DNA of 64,000 nucleotides from Longimicrobiales bacterium (GCA_963664435.2 CAXXKM010000002.1:160001-224000), one strand, 5' to 3'; numbered from the stretch's first letter, positions 33,498-44,048 are shown. Numbers and translations are program-made. The notes: a model not told the origin generated them from the letters alone.

Positions 33498-34322
33498 ATG
33501 AGTCGAAACGCCATCACCATCACGCCCGTGACTCCCGTAATCGGCGCCCACGTCGACGGGATCGACCTCGGCAATCTCTCGGACTCCGGGTTCGCGGTCC
33601 TGTACGACGCCCTCATGGCCCATGGCGCCCTGTTCTTTCACGACCAGGACATCTCCATCGTGAGCCAGAAGAGGCTGGGACAGCGCTTCGGCAAGCTGGT
33701 CGCGCACCCCAACGACCCCGGGGTGGACGGTCATCCCGAGGTCATGCCGATCCACGCGGACGAGAATTCGGTGCGCGCGACCGGCGAAGAGTGGCACTCC
33801 GACGTGTCGTGCGATCCGCTGCCGCCCATGGGCTCCATCGTGCGCATGCACATCGTTCCGGAGACCGGCGGGGACACCCTGTTCGCCTCCATGTACGCCG
33901 CGTACGAGGCCCTCTCCGAGGGGATGCGGACGCTGCTCGACGGGCGGCGGGCAGTGCACGACGGCGCGCCGTACTACCAGCGCGTGAATCGATTGCTCGA
34001 CCGCGACGACGGGGGCCGCACCTACCCGCGCGCGGAACACCGGGTGATCCGCACCCATCCGGTCACCGGCCGCAAGGCCCTGTTCGTCAACAAGCTGTTC
34101 ACCCAGTACATCGTCGGCGTTTCCGCCGCGGAAAGCCGGGCCCTTCTCGACTTCCTGTTCGACCACGTCAGCCGCCCCCACTTCCAGTGCCGGTTCCGCT
34201 GGCGCCGCAATTCGGTGGCCATGTGGGACAACCGCTGCACACAGCACCACGCGATCTGGGACTACTGGCCCGCAACCCGGTCGGGATACCGCGTAACCAT
34301 CCAGGGAGAAAAGCCAGAATGA
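33498..34322 (+). CDS. TauD/TfdA family Fe(II)/2-oxoglutarate dioxygenase
   Basis: WHSDVS (HxD), GGDTLFAS, HPVTGRKALFVN, WDNRCTQH. Start ATG 33498. Confidence 0.92.
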   Translation: MSRNAITITPVTPVIGAHVDGIDLGNLSDSGFAVLYDALMAHGALFFHDQDISIVSQKRLGQRFGKLVAHPNDPGVDGHPEVMPIHADENSVRATGEEWHSDVSCDPLPPMGSIVRMHIVPETGGDTLFASMYAAYEALSEGMRTLLDGRRAVHDGAPYYQRVNRLLDRDDGGRTYPRAEHRVIRTHPVTGRKALFVNKLFTQYIVGVSAAESRALLDFLFDHVSRPHFQCRFRWRRNSVAMWDNRCTQHHAIWDYWPATRSGYRVTIQGEKPE

Positions 34323-34657
34323 AGATCCGGACCGAACACCAGGACAGGGCACTCGTCGTGAGCGTGAGCGGCCGAATCGACTCCGGCAACGCGAGCGACT
34401 TCCAGTCGGAGATGGACGGCGTCCTCGACAAGGGAGGCAGGGGCGTGATCCTGGACTGCGAGCAGCTCAGCTACGTGAGCAGCGCCGGGCTGCGCGTCCT
34501 CCTCCGGGTCACCCGGCATCTGGACCAGAAGCATGTCCCGTTCGTGGTCTGCTCGCTGTCGCCCATGATTTCCGAGGTCTTCCAGATCAGCGGCTTCGAC
34601 AGAATCATCCCGGTCGCGGCGTCCCGGGCGGAGGCCCTCGCCAGCCTTCCCCGCTAA
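34319..34657 (+). CDS. STAS-domain anti-sigma-factor antagonist
   Basis: VSGRIDS, ILDCEQLSYVSSAGLRVLL (phospho-Ser motif), EVFQISGF; ATGA overlap with the tauD-like gene. Confidence 0.9.
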   Translation: MKIRTEHQDRALVVSVSGRIDSGNASDFQSEMDGVLDKGGRGVILDCEQLSYVSSAGLRVLLRVTRHLDQKHVPFVVCSLSPMISEVFQISGFDRIIPVAASRAEALASLPR

Positions 34658-34691
34658 GCAGCTTCCTCCAGACCCGGACGGGGAGAACCGC

Positions 34692-35561
34692 GTGCCGCCC
34701 CTGAGAATCGCGCTGCCCAACAAGGGCCGCCTGTCGGAGAGCGCCCTGGCGCTTCTGCGCAAAGCGGGACTTCGCGCCCGGATGCGCAGCGACCGTTCGC
34801 TCACCGCGCCGCTCGGCAACGACCACCAGGCCATCTTCCTGCGGGCGGCCGACATACCCGAACTGGTTGCGGACGGAGCCGCAGAGGTCGGAGTGACGGG
34901 CGCGGACCTGGTCGCCGAGAGCGGCTGCGAAGTGCGGGAACTGGTGGACCTCGAGTTCGGCCGCTGCCGGCTGGTGGTGGCGGTGCAGGACGAGAGCGAC
35001 ATCCGCGGCGTCACCGACATCCCCGCCGGCACCCGCGTGGCCACCGCGTTTCCGCGGCTGACGCGATCGTATTTCAACCGTCTCGGCATCGCGGTCGAGA
35101 TCGCGTCCGTGTCGGGCGCCGCCGAAATCGCGCCCCACCTGGGGGTGGCCGAGATCATCGTGGACCTCACGGCGACCGGCTCCACGCTGCGCGTGAACGG
35201 GATGCGGGAGGTGGAAACCGTCCTGGAGTCGACGGCCCGGCTGATCGCGAGCGAGGCCGTGCTGGGCGAGGCCGACTTCGCGGACAGGATCTCGGAGCTC
35301 TGTCTGGCGCTCGAGTCGGTGCGTCTCGCGCGCGCGAAGCGATACCTGATGGCCAACGTGCCCCGCGACCAGCTGGATGCGGTCAGGAAGGTGATTCCCG
35401 GCATTTCGGGGCCGACCATCGTGGAGGTGATGGGCGGGGGGCCCTGGGTCGCCGCGCACGCGGTGGTCGACGCGGATTGCCTGTCGAGCACGATTCCGCG
35501 CCTGAAGAAGCTCGGGGCGGAAGGAATTCTGGTCACCCCGATCGAGAGGCTGATGCCTTGA
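34692..35561 (+). CDS. hisG: ATP phosphoribosyltransferase (long form)
   Basis: LRIALPNKGRL, RAADIP, GVTGADL, IVDLTATGSTL, C-terminal regulatory domain PGISGPT...GAEGIL. Confidence 0.95.
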   Translation: MPPLRIALPNKGRLSESALALLRKAGLRARMRSDRSLTAPLGNDHQAIFLRAADIPELVADGAAEVGVTGADLVAESGCEVRELVDLEFGRCRLVVAVQDESDIRGVTDIPAGTRVATAFPRLTRSYFNRLGIAVEIASVSGAAEIAPHLGVAEIIVDLTATGSTLRVNGMREVETVLESTARLIASEAVLGEADFADRISELCLALESVRLARAKRYLMANVPRDQLDAVRKVIPGISGPTIVEVMGGGPWVAAHAVVDADCLSSTIPRLKKLGAEGILVTPIERLMP

Positions 35562-36850
35562 GGCTTGCCTTCGACGCGCCTCTGGAGGCGATGAGTCCAG
35601 GTCAGCGCCGGCTGCTGCTGGAGCGCCGTCCTCCCGAGGAGGCGGGCGTGCGCGCGGCGGTCGCCGCGATCCTCGCGGATGTGCGTGCGCGTGGCGACGA
35701 AGCCCTGCGCGAGCTGGCGCGCGAGCACGATCAGGCCGAGCTGGACGCCCTGGAAGTCCCGCGCAGGCGGTGGAGGGAGGCGGCGGGCCGGCTGCCGGCC
35801 GACGTGACCGCGGCGCTCGAGCGCGCCGCGGCAAACATCGCCGCCTTCCACCGGGCGCAGCTGCCCGCCGACCGGGAGATGGAGACCGAGCCGGGCGTGG
35901 CCGTCGGGCGGCGCTGGGTGCCGCTCGCCGCGGCCGGGGTGTACGCGCCGGGCGGCCTGGCCGCCTACCCGTCCAGCGTCCTGATGGGGGTGATCCCCGC
36001 CCGCGAGGCCGGGGTCGACGAGGTGGTGGTGTGCTCCCCGCCCGGGCCGGACGGCGAGCCGCCGGAGGCGGTCATGGCGGCGTGCGCGCTGGCCGGCGCC
36101 ACCCGGCTGTTCGCGGTGGGAGGTGCGGGGGCGGTGGCCGCCATGGCATACGGCACCGAGTCGGTGCTGGCGGTCGACGCGGTGGTGGGGCCGGGGAACC
36201 GCTGGGTCACCGAAGCCAAGCGGCAGGTGGCGGGCGACGTGGTCATCGACGCGCCCGCCGGCCCCTCCGAGATCGCGGTGGTCGCCGACGACACCGCGCC
36301 CGCCCGGCTGGTCGCGCTCGAGATGGTCGCCCAGGCCGAGCACGACCCGGACGCATCGGCCGTGCTGATCACGCCCAGCGCCCGCCTCGCCGCGGAGGCG
36401 CGGCGGGAACTGGGCGTGATCGTGGCGAGGGCGGCGCGGCGGCGGGTGGTCAGCGAGGCGCTGGCCACCCGCGGTGCGATCGTCCTGACGCGCTCGCTCG
36501 ACGAAGCCACCGACTTCGCACGCGCCTACGCGCCCGAACATCTCGCCCTCTACCTCGCCGACCCGGACGCCGCCATGGAGCACGTCCCCACGGCGGGCAC
36601 GGTCTTCCTGGGGCCGGCCAGCTCGGTTGCCTTCGGAGACTACATGACCGGCGCCAACCACGTGCTTCCCACAGCGGGTCTTTCCCGGTCGTATTCGGGC
36701 CTGTCCACCGACCATTTCGTGCGCGCGTACACCTGGCAGCGCATTCTGCCCGAGGCGGCCGCGTCGCTCGCGCGGCCGGTGGCCCGCCTGGCCCGCCTCG
36801 AGGGACTCCCCGGTCACGCCGAGACCGCTCTTGCAAGGATGACCCCATGA
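35558..36850 (+). CDS. hisD: Histidinol dehydrogenase
   Basis: GVYAPGG..YPSSVLM, VGPGNRWV, PAGPSE, QAEHD, APEHL, GDYMTGANHVLPT. Start approximate (TTG overlapping the hisG stop). Confidence 0.95.
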   Translation: MRLAFDAPLEAMSPGQRRLLLERRPPEEAGVRAAVAAILADVRARGDEALRELAREHDQAELDALEVPRRRWREAAGRLPADVTAALERAAANIAAFHRAQLPADREMETEPGVAVGRRWVPLAAAGVYAPGGLAAYPSSVLMGVIPAREAGVDEVVVCSPPGPDGEPPEAVMAACALAGATRLFAVGGAGAVAAMAYGTESVLAVDAVVGPGNRWVTEAKRQVAGDVVIDAPAGPSEIAVVADDTAPARLVALEMVAQAEHDPDASAVLITPSARLAAEARRELGVIVARAARRRVVSEALATRGAIVLTRSLDEATDFARAYAPEHLALYLADPDAAMEHVPTAGTVFLGPASSVAFGDYMTGANHVLPTAGLSRSYSGLSTDHFVRAYTWQRILPEAAASLARPVARLARLEGLPGHAETALARMTP

Positions 36851-37974
36851 GCCCGTTTCCCCGCGAAGCCTTCCGCGCGCTCAAGCGCTACACCCCGATC
36901 GAGGATCCCGTCGAGATCGAGCTCTCCGACAACACCAACCTCTGGGGGTGCCATCCCGACGCCCTTTCGGTGATGCGTGGCGCGCGCTCCGGTGACATCT
37001 CCAACTACCCGCAGGCCTATTCGAGCGACCTGCGCGACGCGGTCGCCGCGAAGTTCGACGTTCCCGCCGACTGCGTCATCACCGGATGCGGCTCCGACGA
37101 CGTCCTCGACTCGACCTTCCGCGCGGTGTGCGAACCGGGTGCGCGGGTGGCGTTTCCGGACCCCACCTTCCTGATGATCCCGCACCTGCTGGTCGTCAAC
37201 AGCCTCCGGGGAGTCCCGCTGGGAGACGCGCGCCGGCCGCCCTCGCCACGGCAGCTGCTGGACGCCGATGCGGACCTCATCTACGTCTGCACCCCCAACA
37301 ACCCCACCGGCACCGCCCTCTCACGGGCCTGGATCGACGAACTCCTGGACGGAGTGGGATCCACCGGTCCGGTGGTCATCCTCGACGAGGCGTACTACGA
37401 GTTCGGGTTGGCGTCCCCCGGCTACGACCCGGGCGACGAGTCGCTCGTCGAACGCGCGCTCGCGGTTCCGCGCATCATGATCGCGCGCACCTTCTCGAAG
37501 GCATACGGCCTCGCCGGGCTGCGCGCCGGGTTCGGCATCGCACACCCGGATCTGCTGGGCGAGGTCGAAAAGGCCCGCGGTCCCTTCAAGGTCGGTCTGC
37601 TCGCGGAGCGGGCGGCGGCGGCGGCGCTGCGCGACCGGTCGGGCTGGCTCGAACCCACCGTGCGCGAGATCGTCGCCTGCCGCGAGCACCTGGTGGCCGA
37701 ACTGCGGCGGCGCGGCGGCGACCCCCTGCCCTCTTCCGCGAACTTCATCATGCTGCCGGTGCCGGCTCCCGCCGTCGAAGTGACCCGGGAGATGATCGCC
37801 CGGGGCATCGCGGTGCGCCCCTTCCCCGGCGTGCCCGGCGCGGGCGAGGCGCTGCGCGTGACGGTGGGTCCGCCACCGGTCATCGAGCGCTTCATCGAGG
37901 CATGGGAGGAGATCTGCCGCCCGGCCGCCGGGGACGCGAACCAGGAAACCCTCGCAGCCGAGGCTGCGGGATGA
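36847..37974 (+). CDS. hisC: Histidinol-phosphate aminotransferase
   Basis: LSDNTN, GCGSDD, PNNPTG, DEAYYEF, RTFSKAYGLAGLRAG. Confidence 0.93.
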   Translation: MSPFPREAFRALKRYTPIEDPVEIELSDNTNLWGCHPDALSVMRGARSGDISNYPQAYSSDLRDAVAAKFDVPADCVITGCGSDDVLDSTFRAVCEPGARVAFPDPTFLMIPHLLVVNSLRGVPLGDARRPPSPRQLLDADADLIYVCTPNNPTGTALSRAWIDELLDGVGSTGPVVILDEAYYEFGLASPGYDPGDESLVERALAVPRIMIARTFSKAYGLAGLRAGFGIAHPDLLGEVEKARGPFKVGLLAERAAAAALRDRSGWLEPTVREIVACREHLVAELRRRGGDPLPSSANFIMLPVPAPAVEVTREMIARGIAVRPFPGVPGAGEALRVTVGPPPVIERFIEAWEEICRPAAGDANQETLAAEAAG

Positions 37975-38573
37975 CGCTGCGCGTCGGCGTCTTCGACTAC
38001 GGCGCGGGCAACCTGCATTCCCTGGTCAAGGCCATCGAGGTCTCGGGCGCGGTCACGCAGGTCTTCACCGACTGCCGGGAGGCGCTCTCGGCGGATGCGC
38101 TGGTCCTTCCCGGGGTGGGTTCCTTCGCGACCGCGGCAGGCGCGCTCGACCGCGCCGGAGACGAGGTGAGGGAGGCGCTCGAGGAGGGCCTGCCGTGCCT
38201 GGGCATCTGTCTCGGCATGCAGATTCTCTTCGAGGAGAGCGACGAGGGCGGCGGCCCGGGCATCGGCTTCCTGTCCGGACGCGTGGAGCGGCTGCGGGGA
38301 GAGATCGTGCCCCACATGGGATGGAACGACGTGGCCACTGGGGGCGATCCGCTCTTCGCGGACACGCCGGACCTCGTCGCCTACTACGCCAACAGCTACG
38401 TCTGCCGCCCCCGGGACCATGGCGCGGTGACCGCCTGGACCGAGTACCAGGGCGACCGGTTCGCGGCCGGCGTGCGCCGCGGGCGCTGCTGGGGAACCCA
38501 GTTCCACCCGGAAAAGAGCTCCCGGCCCGGACTGCGCATTATCGCCAACTTCCTCGCGGAGGCGGCGCGGTGA
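37971..38573 (+). CDS. hisH: Imidazole glycerol phosphate synthase glutaminase subunit
   Basis: DYGAGNL, LPGVG, GICLGMQ, PHMGWN, QFHPEKS. Confidence 0.95.
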   Translation: MTLRVGVFDYGAGNLHSLVKAIEVSGAVTQVFTDCREALSADALVLPGVGSFATAAGALDRAGDEVREALEEGLPCLGICLGMQILFEESDEGGGPGIGFLSGRVERLRGEIVPHMGWNDVATGGDPLFADTPDLVAYYANSYVCRPRDHGAVTAWTEYQGDRFAAGVRRGRCWGTQFHPEKSSRPGLRIIANFLAEAAR

Positions 38574-38628
38574 ACCGGAGATCCGCCCGGGGGAACGGGC
38601 TCTTCGAGGCCGCAGCGGGAGCCGGCCC

Positions 38629-39342
38629 GTGATTGCCGTCCCCGCGGTCGACGTCAGCGGAGGACGCTGCGTACAGTGGGTGGGCGGGCTTCCCGAGACC
38701 GAGCGGGTCTCCCTCCCCGACCCCCCGGCGGTGGCCGCGCGCTGGTGGCGCAAGGGCTTCGGCACCCTGCACGTCGTGGATCTGGACGCCGCGCTGGGCA
38801 GGGGCGACAACCGGACCCTGGTGCGCGAGCTGATCGCCCGCACGGGTGCGGTCACCCAGTTCGGGGGCGGGGTGCGGGACCGTGAGGGCATCGAGCGGGC
38901 GCTCGCGGCGGGCGCCGACCGGGTCATCGTGGGCACCCGGGCCGTCGAGGACTTCACGTGGCTCACGCGCGCGGCGGCGGCATTCCCCGGCCAGGTCGTG
39001 GTCGCCGCCGACATGCGCGACGGAAAAGTGCTGCGCCGGGGCTGGACCCGGAGCAGCGACACGACCATCGAGGACTTTCTGGCGGCGTTGGACGATCTTC
39101 CTGTTGCGGGGGTACTGTGCACGGACGTGGCCCGCGAGGGCCGGGTGCAGGGCAGCGACCTGGAGCGGGCCGGCGCCGTCATCCGGGCGTCGCGACATTC
39201 CGTATGGATGTCCGGGGGCATCAGCGGGCTGGACGAGCTGCGCCGCCTGGGGCGGGCGGGAGCCGCGGGCGCGGTCCTGGGTATGGCCCTCTACGACGGC
39301 ACACTGTCCGTCGAGGCGGTGGCCCGCGAGTTCGGTGGATGA
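38629..39342 (+). CDS. hisA: ProFAR isomerase
   Basis: PAVDV..GRCV, LHVVDLD, QFGGGVR, TDVAREG, SGGI. Confidence 0.92.
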   Translation: MIAVPAVDVSGGRCVQWVGGLPETERVSLPDPPAVAARWWRKGFGTLHVVDLDAALGRGDNRTLVRELIARTGAVTQFGGGVRDREGIERALAAGADRVIVGTRAVEDFTWLTRAAAAFPGQVVVAADMRDGKVLRRGWTRSSDTTIEDFLAALDDLPVAGVLCTDVAREGRVQGSDLERAGAVIRASRHSVWMSGGISGLDELRRLGRAGAAGAVLGMALYDGTLSVEAVAREFGG

Positions 39343-39370
39343 TGCAACGAAAGACCGAGGAGCTGTGACG

Positions 39371-39922
39371 ATGGCCGGGATCCTGCGCGAGACCGGGGAG
39401 ACGCGGGTCCGCATCGAGGTGAAGCGGGGCGGCGGGTCCCCCCGCATCGACACCGGCGACGGCTTTCTCGATCACATGCTGGTGACCTTCGCCCGCTACT
39501 CGGGGCTGGAGCTCGCGGTCGAGGCGCGCGGCGACCTGCACCACCATCTCGTGGAGGACGTCGCGATCGCCCTGGGGATGGCGCTGGCCGACATCGTTCC
39601 CGAGCATGCGGCGCGCTACGGCCAGGCGCTGATACCGATGGACGAGGCGCTGGTCCAGGCCGCGATCGACACCGGCGGGCGCGCGTATTACGTCGGCGAT
39701 CTGCCCACGAGCCTCGCCGATCACTTCTTCCAGAGCCTGTCCACGCATCTCGCCGCGACCCTGCATATCCGCGTCATCCGGGGCCGCAACCGCCATCACG
39801 TGATCGAGGCCGCGGTGAAGGCGACGGGACTCGCCCTGCGCCAGGCGCTCGAGGAGGGGGACGGCGTCTTCAGCACCAAGGGCTCGGTGCGGGTGACGCG
39901 CGATCCCGCTCCCGGCAACTAG
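39371..39922 (+). CDS. hisB: Imidazoleglycerol-phosphate dehydratase (monofunctional)
   Basis: [45 protein letters not shown] before ATG 39371. Confidence 0.93.
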   Translation: MAGILRETGETRVRIEVKRGGGSPRIDTGDGFLDHMLVTFARYSGLELAVEARGDLHHHLVEDVAIALGMALADIVPEHAARYGQALIPMDEALVQAAIDTGGRAYYVGDLPTSLADHFFQSLSTHLAATLHIRVIRGRNRHHVIEAAVKATGLALRQALEEGDGVFSTKGSVRVTRDPAPGN

Positions 39923-39930
39923 ATCCGGCC

Positions 39931-40716
39931 ATGTTGCGACCTCGAATCGTCGTTTGCCTTGACGTCCGGGATGGACGCGTGGTCAAGGGGACCCGCTTCG
40001 TGAACCTGCGCGACGTTGGGGATCCGGTGGAGCTGGCCGGCCGCTACGAGGCCGACGGGGCCGACGAGGTGGTCTTTCTGGACATCACCGCGTCCCACGA
40101 GGGTCGCGCCACGCTGCTCGATACGGTTCGCAGGACGGCGGAAGCGCTCTTCATCCCCTTGACCGTCGGGGGCGGGGTCCGGACCGTGGATGACGTGGGC
40201 GCGCTGCTGCGGGCGGGCGCCGACAAGGTGAGCGTCAATTCCGCCCTGGCCCGCCAGCCGGAACTCGCCGCCGAGTGCGCGGCGCGCTACGGCAGCCAGT
40301 GTCTGGTCGCCAGCATCGACGCGGCCCGCGAGGGGGATGGATGGCGCGTATACACGCACGGCGGCAGGTTGCCCAAGGACCTGGACGCGGTCGAGTGGGC
40401 CGCCGAGTGCGCCCGGCGGGGAGCGGGCGAGATCCTGCTCACGAGCATTGACCGGGACGGCTCCCGCATCGGTTATGATCTGGAGTTGACCCGGCAGGTC
40501 GCCGCGCGGGTATCGGTGCCGGTGGTGGCCTCCGGCGGCGGCGGTTCGGCGGCGGACGTGCTGGAGGTGCTTACCTCGGGAAGAGCCTCCGCGGCCCTGC
40601 TGGCCGGTATTCTGCACGACGGGGTGACTACCGTGACGAACATTAAATCCGTACTCACGGCGCGAGGAATGTCGATGCGATCGTCGAACGGCGCCGGAAG
40701 GAGCGACCCAGGATGA
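39931..40716 (+). CDS. hisF: Imidazole glycerol phosphate synthase cyclase subunit
   Basis: [41 protein letters not shown]. Confidence 0.95.
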   Translation: MLRPRIVVCLDVRDGRVVKGTRFVNLRDVGDPVELAGRYEADGADEVVFLDITASHEGRATLLDTVRRTAEALFIPLTVGGGVRTVDDVGALLRAGADKVSVNSALARQPELAAECAARYGSQCLVASIDAAREGDGWRVYTHGGRLPKDLDAVEWAAECARRGAGEILLTSIDRDGSRIGYDLELTRQVAARVSVPVVASGGGGSAADVLEVLTSGRASAALLAGILHDGVTTVTNIKSVLTARGMSMRSSNGAGRSDPG

Positions 40717-41471
40717 CCGTCCCACCCGATGCACTGACCCGAGACGAACCGCCGGCCCTGCTTCCGGGCCGACGCATTCTGCGAACGCGCGACCTGAGCT
40801 ACGTGAGTTTCCGCGCCGACGGCCTCGTTCCCGTGATCGCGCAGGACGCCACGACCGACGAAGTCCTCATGCTGGCGTACGGCAACCGCACCTCGCTCGC
40901 CCTGACCCTGGATACGGGCCAGATGTATTACTGGTCCCGGTCCAGAAAGGAGATCTGGCGCAAGGGCGCGACCTCCGGGAACGTGCTGTCGCTGGCATCG
41001 CTGCACCTGGACTGCGACGCGGACGCGGTGCTGGCGAAAGTGCGCCCGGCCGGGCCGGTGTGCCACACGGGTGCGCGAACCTGCTTCGTCGAACCCGGGA
41101 CCGATGAACCGAAGCCGACCGTCGCCGTTCCCGGGGAAGACGATTCCGGGGGACGACCCACCTTCCGCGGAGGCGAGGTTCTGGACAACCTCTGGGTCAC
41201 GCTGCGCTCCCGCGCGAAGGAAATGCCGCCGGGCAGCAACACCGCGCTCCTGCTCGCGGACACCAACCTCCGGCTCAAGAAGCTGGGCGAGGAGCTGGTG
41301 GAGCTGACCGTCGCACTGACGCGGCGTGACCCTGCCGCGATTACCGAGGAGGCCGCCGACCTCCTGTACCATCTGATGGTCGCGCTCGTGGGCGCGGGCG
41401 TCTCGCTGCACACCGTCGGCGCCGAGCTCGCCCGCCGCGCGGGCGACAAACCACCTCGAACGGAGGAATGA
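40713..41471 (+). CDS. hisIE: Bifunctional phosphoribosyl-AMP cyclohydrolase / phosphoribosyl-ATP pyrophosphatase
   Basis: [42 protein letters not shown]. Confidence 0.93.
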   Translation: MTVPPDALTRDEPPALLPGRRILRTRDLSYVSFRADGLVPVIAQDATTDEVLMLAYGNRTSLALTLDTGQMYYWSRSRKEIWRKGATSGNVLSLASLHLDCDADAVLAKVRPAGPVCHTGARTCFVEPGTDEPKPTVAVPGEDDSGGRPTFRGGEVLDNLWVTLRSRAKEMPPGSNTALLLADTNLRLKKLGEELVELTVALTRRDPAAITEEAADLLYHLMVALVGAGVSLHTVGAELARRAGDKPPRTEE

Positions 41472-41474
41472 CGC

Positions 41475-42368
41475 ATGACTTCCGCACTGCTTGCCATATT
41501 CACCATCATCGCCGGTGGAGTCATCCGCCTGTTTTCCACCACCACCGGCCGCAATCAGGGCATGACCAGGCTCATCTCCTATGGGGTGATGACGGCCGGC
41601 GTCGCCCTCCTGGCGATGAACTCCGTCATCCTGATTGACGTCGGGGAGGTGGCCGTGGAACACTTTCTGGGCCGCGTCAACCAGCGTCCCCACGCGCAGG
41701 GCGTGCACGTCGTGAATCCTTTCGCCAACATCGAGCGGATGTCGGTGCGCGAGCAGAGCTTCCCGCCGGGAGGCACGGTCGAGCGCATCGAGGCTCAGAC
41801 CAGCGAGCAGCTGAACGTGACGCTCGAGGTGTCGATTCTCTACCAGATCGAGGGCAGCAGGACCCCCACGCTGTTCCAGGAACTCGGCACCGAACGACAG
41901 ATCACCAACGCCATCGTCCTCAACTCGGTGCGCAACGGGGTGCGCGATGCGGTCGCCACGCGCTCGATCAACGAGATCTTCTCGCCGGACCGCGCCGAGC
42001 TCGCCGACAACATCGAGGGGGCCATCCAGAGCAATGCGCAGGATCGCATCCAGGTGGTGCAGGCCTTCGTGCGCGACATCCAGGCCCCGGAGGGCGTGCG
42101 CCAGGCCATCGAGGAACGCCAGCAGCGCGAGCAGCAGGTGGCGCAGGAGCGCTTCCAGACCGAGATCATCCAGGAGCGCGCCCGCCAGCAGATCGAGGAG
42201 GCGAGAGGCATCGCGGAGGCGCAGCAGATCATCTCCGAGGGGCTGACTCCGGAGTACCTGACCTTCCACTACATCGAGAAGCTGGGCGAGCTGCCCGCGG
42301 GCTCGGTGGTGTACGTGCCCACGGAGGGCGGGATTCCCCTGATGCGGTCGCTCGGCGGCGGCGGCTAG
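41475..42368 (+). CDS. SPFH/prohibitin (band 7) family membrane protein
   Basis: Two N-terminal TMs; VRNGVRDAVA, FVRDIQAP..VRQAIE; coiled coil with EARGIAEAQ. Confidence 0.88.
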   Translation: MTSALLAIFTIIAGGVIRLFSTTTGRNQGMTRLISYGVMTAGVALLAMNSVILIDVGEVAVEHFLGRVNQRPHAQGVHVVNPFANIERMSVREQSFPPGGTVERIEAQTSEQLNVTLEVSILYQIEGSRTPTLFQELGTERQITNAIVLNSVRNGVRDAVATRSINEIFSPDRAELADNIEGAIQSNAQDRIQVVQAFVRDIQAPEGVRQAIEERQQREQQVAQERFQTEIIQERARQQIEEARGIAEAQQIISEGLTPEYLTFHYIEKLGELPAGSVVYVPTEGGIPLMRSLGGGG

Positions 42369-42374
42369 CGCGCG

Positions 42375-43565
42375 ATGGGGGTCTCCCAGCCGAACGCCGG
42401 CGCACCGGGACCCCGGCAGGGCTGCCGCGCGCACGCGGCAGCCGGAAGGGAGCGCGGGAAAGAGGGCCGACCGCGCCCCGTCCGCGGGCGAACCCGCGCG
42501 CCGTGGGGGGTCGCAGCGCTCGGGCTTGCCGCCCTGGCCACCTCCTGCTCCCCCCTGTACGTCCTGCGCGCGGGATGGGAAGAGGCGCGCATCCTGACGG
42601 CCCGCCGGCCGATCGAGGACGTCATCCTCGACCCGGAGACCGACGACAGCACGCGCGGCAAGCTCACCTTCGCCCGACTGGCGCGCGCCTTCGCCATCGA
42701 GGAACTCGGGCTCGACGTCGGCGACTCCTACACGACCTACACCCGCCTCGACCGCGACACCCTGGCGATGGTGCTGTCCGCGGCCGAAAAGGACCGACTG
42801 GCGGCAAGGACCTGGTGGTTCCCCGTGGTGGGCCGGGTTCCCTACCGGGGGTTCTTCGACCTGGACGACGCTCTCGACGAACAGCGAAAGCTGGAGGAGG
42901 AGGGGTTCGACACCTGGCTGCGCCCCACCTCGGCCTTCAGCACGCTGGGGTGGTTCGCGGATCCGCTGATGTCCACCGTCCTGCGCCAGGACGAGATCGG
43001 GGTGGTCCAGACCATCCTGCACGAGGTCTCGCACGCCCACCTCTGGGTGGCGGGAAGCGTCAGCTTCAACGAGAGCTTCGCCACCTTCGTAGGCAATGCG
43101 GGCGCGGCCGCATTCTTCTGCGCCGATTCCGGCGAAATCGAGACCGTACGATGCACGCGCGCACGTCGGCGCTGGGGCGACGCGATGAAGTTCTCGGTAT
43201 TCCTGGACGGCCTGGTGGCGGACCTGGAACGCGTCTACGACGATGCCGCGCGAACCCGGGAAGAACGCCTCTCGGCGCGTGAACGGGTTTTCGCGGAGGC
43301 TCTGGCGCGCTTCACCGCCGAAGTGCAACCGACCTTCGAAGCGAGCACCTACGCGGGCTTCGTGGACACCCCGCTCAACAACGCCACGCTGCTCGCGCGC
43401 ATGCGCTATTACCACCGGTTGCCCGACTTTCAGGCGCTGCTCGACGACCACGACGGTGACCTGAGGACCGCGGTGGCCTGGATCGCGTCACGGGCTCCGG
43501 AACTCGCCGATCCGTTCGACGTGCTGCCGCGCGCTTCCGCGGCATCTACGGATGGAATATCGTAA
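42375..43565 (+). CDS. Putative zinc aminopeptidase lipoprotein
   Basis: WWFPVVGRVPYRGFF, AFSTLGWFADP, ILHEVSH (HExxH), FNESFA, LNNA. Start uncertain. Confidence 0.82.
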   Translation: MGVSQPNAGAPGPRQGCRAHAAAGRERGKEGRPRPVRGRTRAPWGVAALGLAALATSCSPLYVLRAGWEEARILTARRPIEDVILDPETDDSTRGKLTFARLARAFAIEELGLDVGDSYTTYTRLDRDTLAMVLSAAEKDRLAARTWWFPVVGRVPYRGFFDLDDALDEQRKLEEEGFDTWLRPTSAFSTLGWFADPLMSTVLRQDEIGVVQTILHEVSHAHLWVAGSVSFNESFATFVGNAGAAAFFCADSGEIETVRCTRARRRWGDAMKFSVFLDGLVADLERVYDDAARTREERLSARERVFAEALARFTAEVQPTFEASTYAGFVDTPLNNATLLARMRYYHRLPDFQALLDDHDGDLRTAVAWIASRAPELADPFDVLPRASAASTDGIS

Positions 43566-43652
43566 CTTTCTTTGTTTATTTGGGTTAGGAAATCATGTCT
43601 CCGACGGATACGGTCGGGAGTCCTACCTGAACCCTTGACGGAGGCAGGCATC

Positions 43653-44048
43653 ATGCGACGAACCGGAATGAAACTCGCGATGGCATTGTCGCTCATCATG
43701 CTTTGCTCGGCGTGCGTCTCCACGGGCAGCAGTGATGGAACTCGCCGCGACCCCGACCTGATCCTGGCCGAGGAGCTGGCGGACTATTCCACCATGAGGC
43801 TTACCGACGCGATCCGTCAGCTGCGCCCCCGCTGGATGAGCGTGCGTGGATCGGCCACGGGTAGCGCGGTGCCCGTCGTCATGGATGGCGGGGTTCCGCA
43901 GGACTGGGCGATCCTGGACTCGCTCCGCCCCGACCAGGTGCAGTCGATTCGCTTTCACAGCGCTGCCGACGCCACCATGCGCTGGGGGACAGGCTACCCC
44001 AACGGGCTGATCGAGGTGTTGACCCTGAGAGGACGGGGAGGCTGGTAG
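43653..44048 (+). CDS. Small lipoprotein with TonB-plug-like domain
   Basis: Lipobox CSAC; LILAEEL, DAIRQLRPRW, ADATMRWG...GLIEV resembles a stand-alone plug domain. Confidence 0.6.
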   Translation: MRRTGMKLAMALSLIMLCSACVSTGSSDGTRRDPDLILAEELADYSTMRLTDAIRQLRPRWMSVRGSATGSAVPVVMDGGVPQDWAILDSLRPDQVQSIRFHSAADATMRWGTGYPNGLIEVLTLRGRGGW

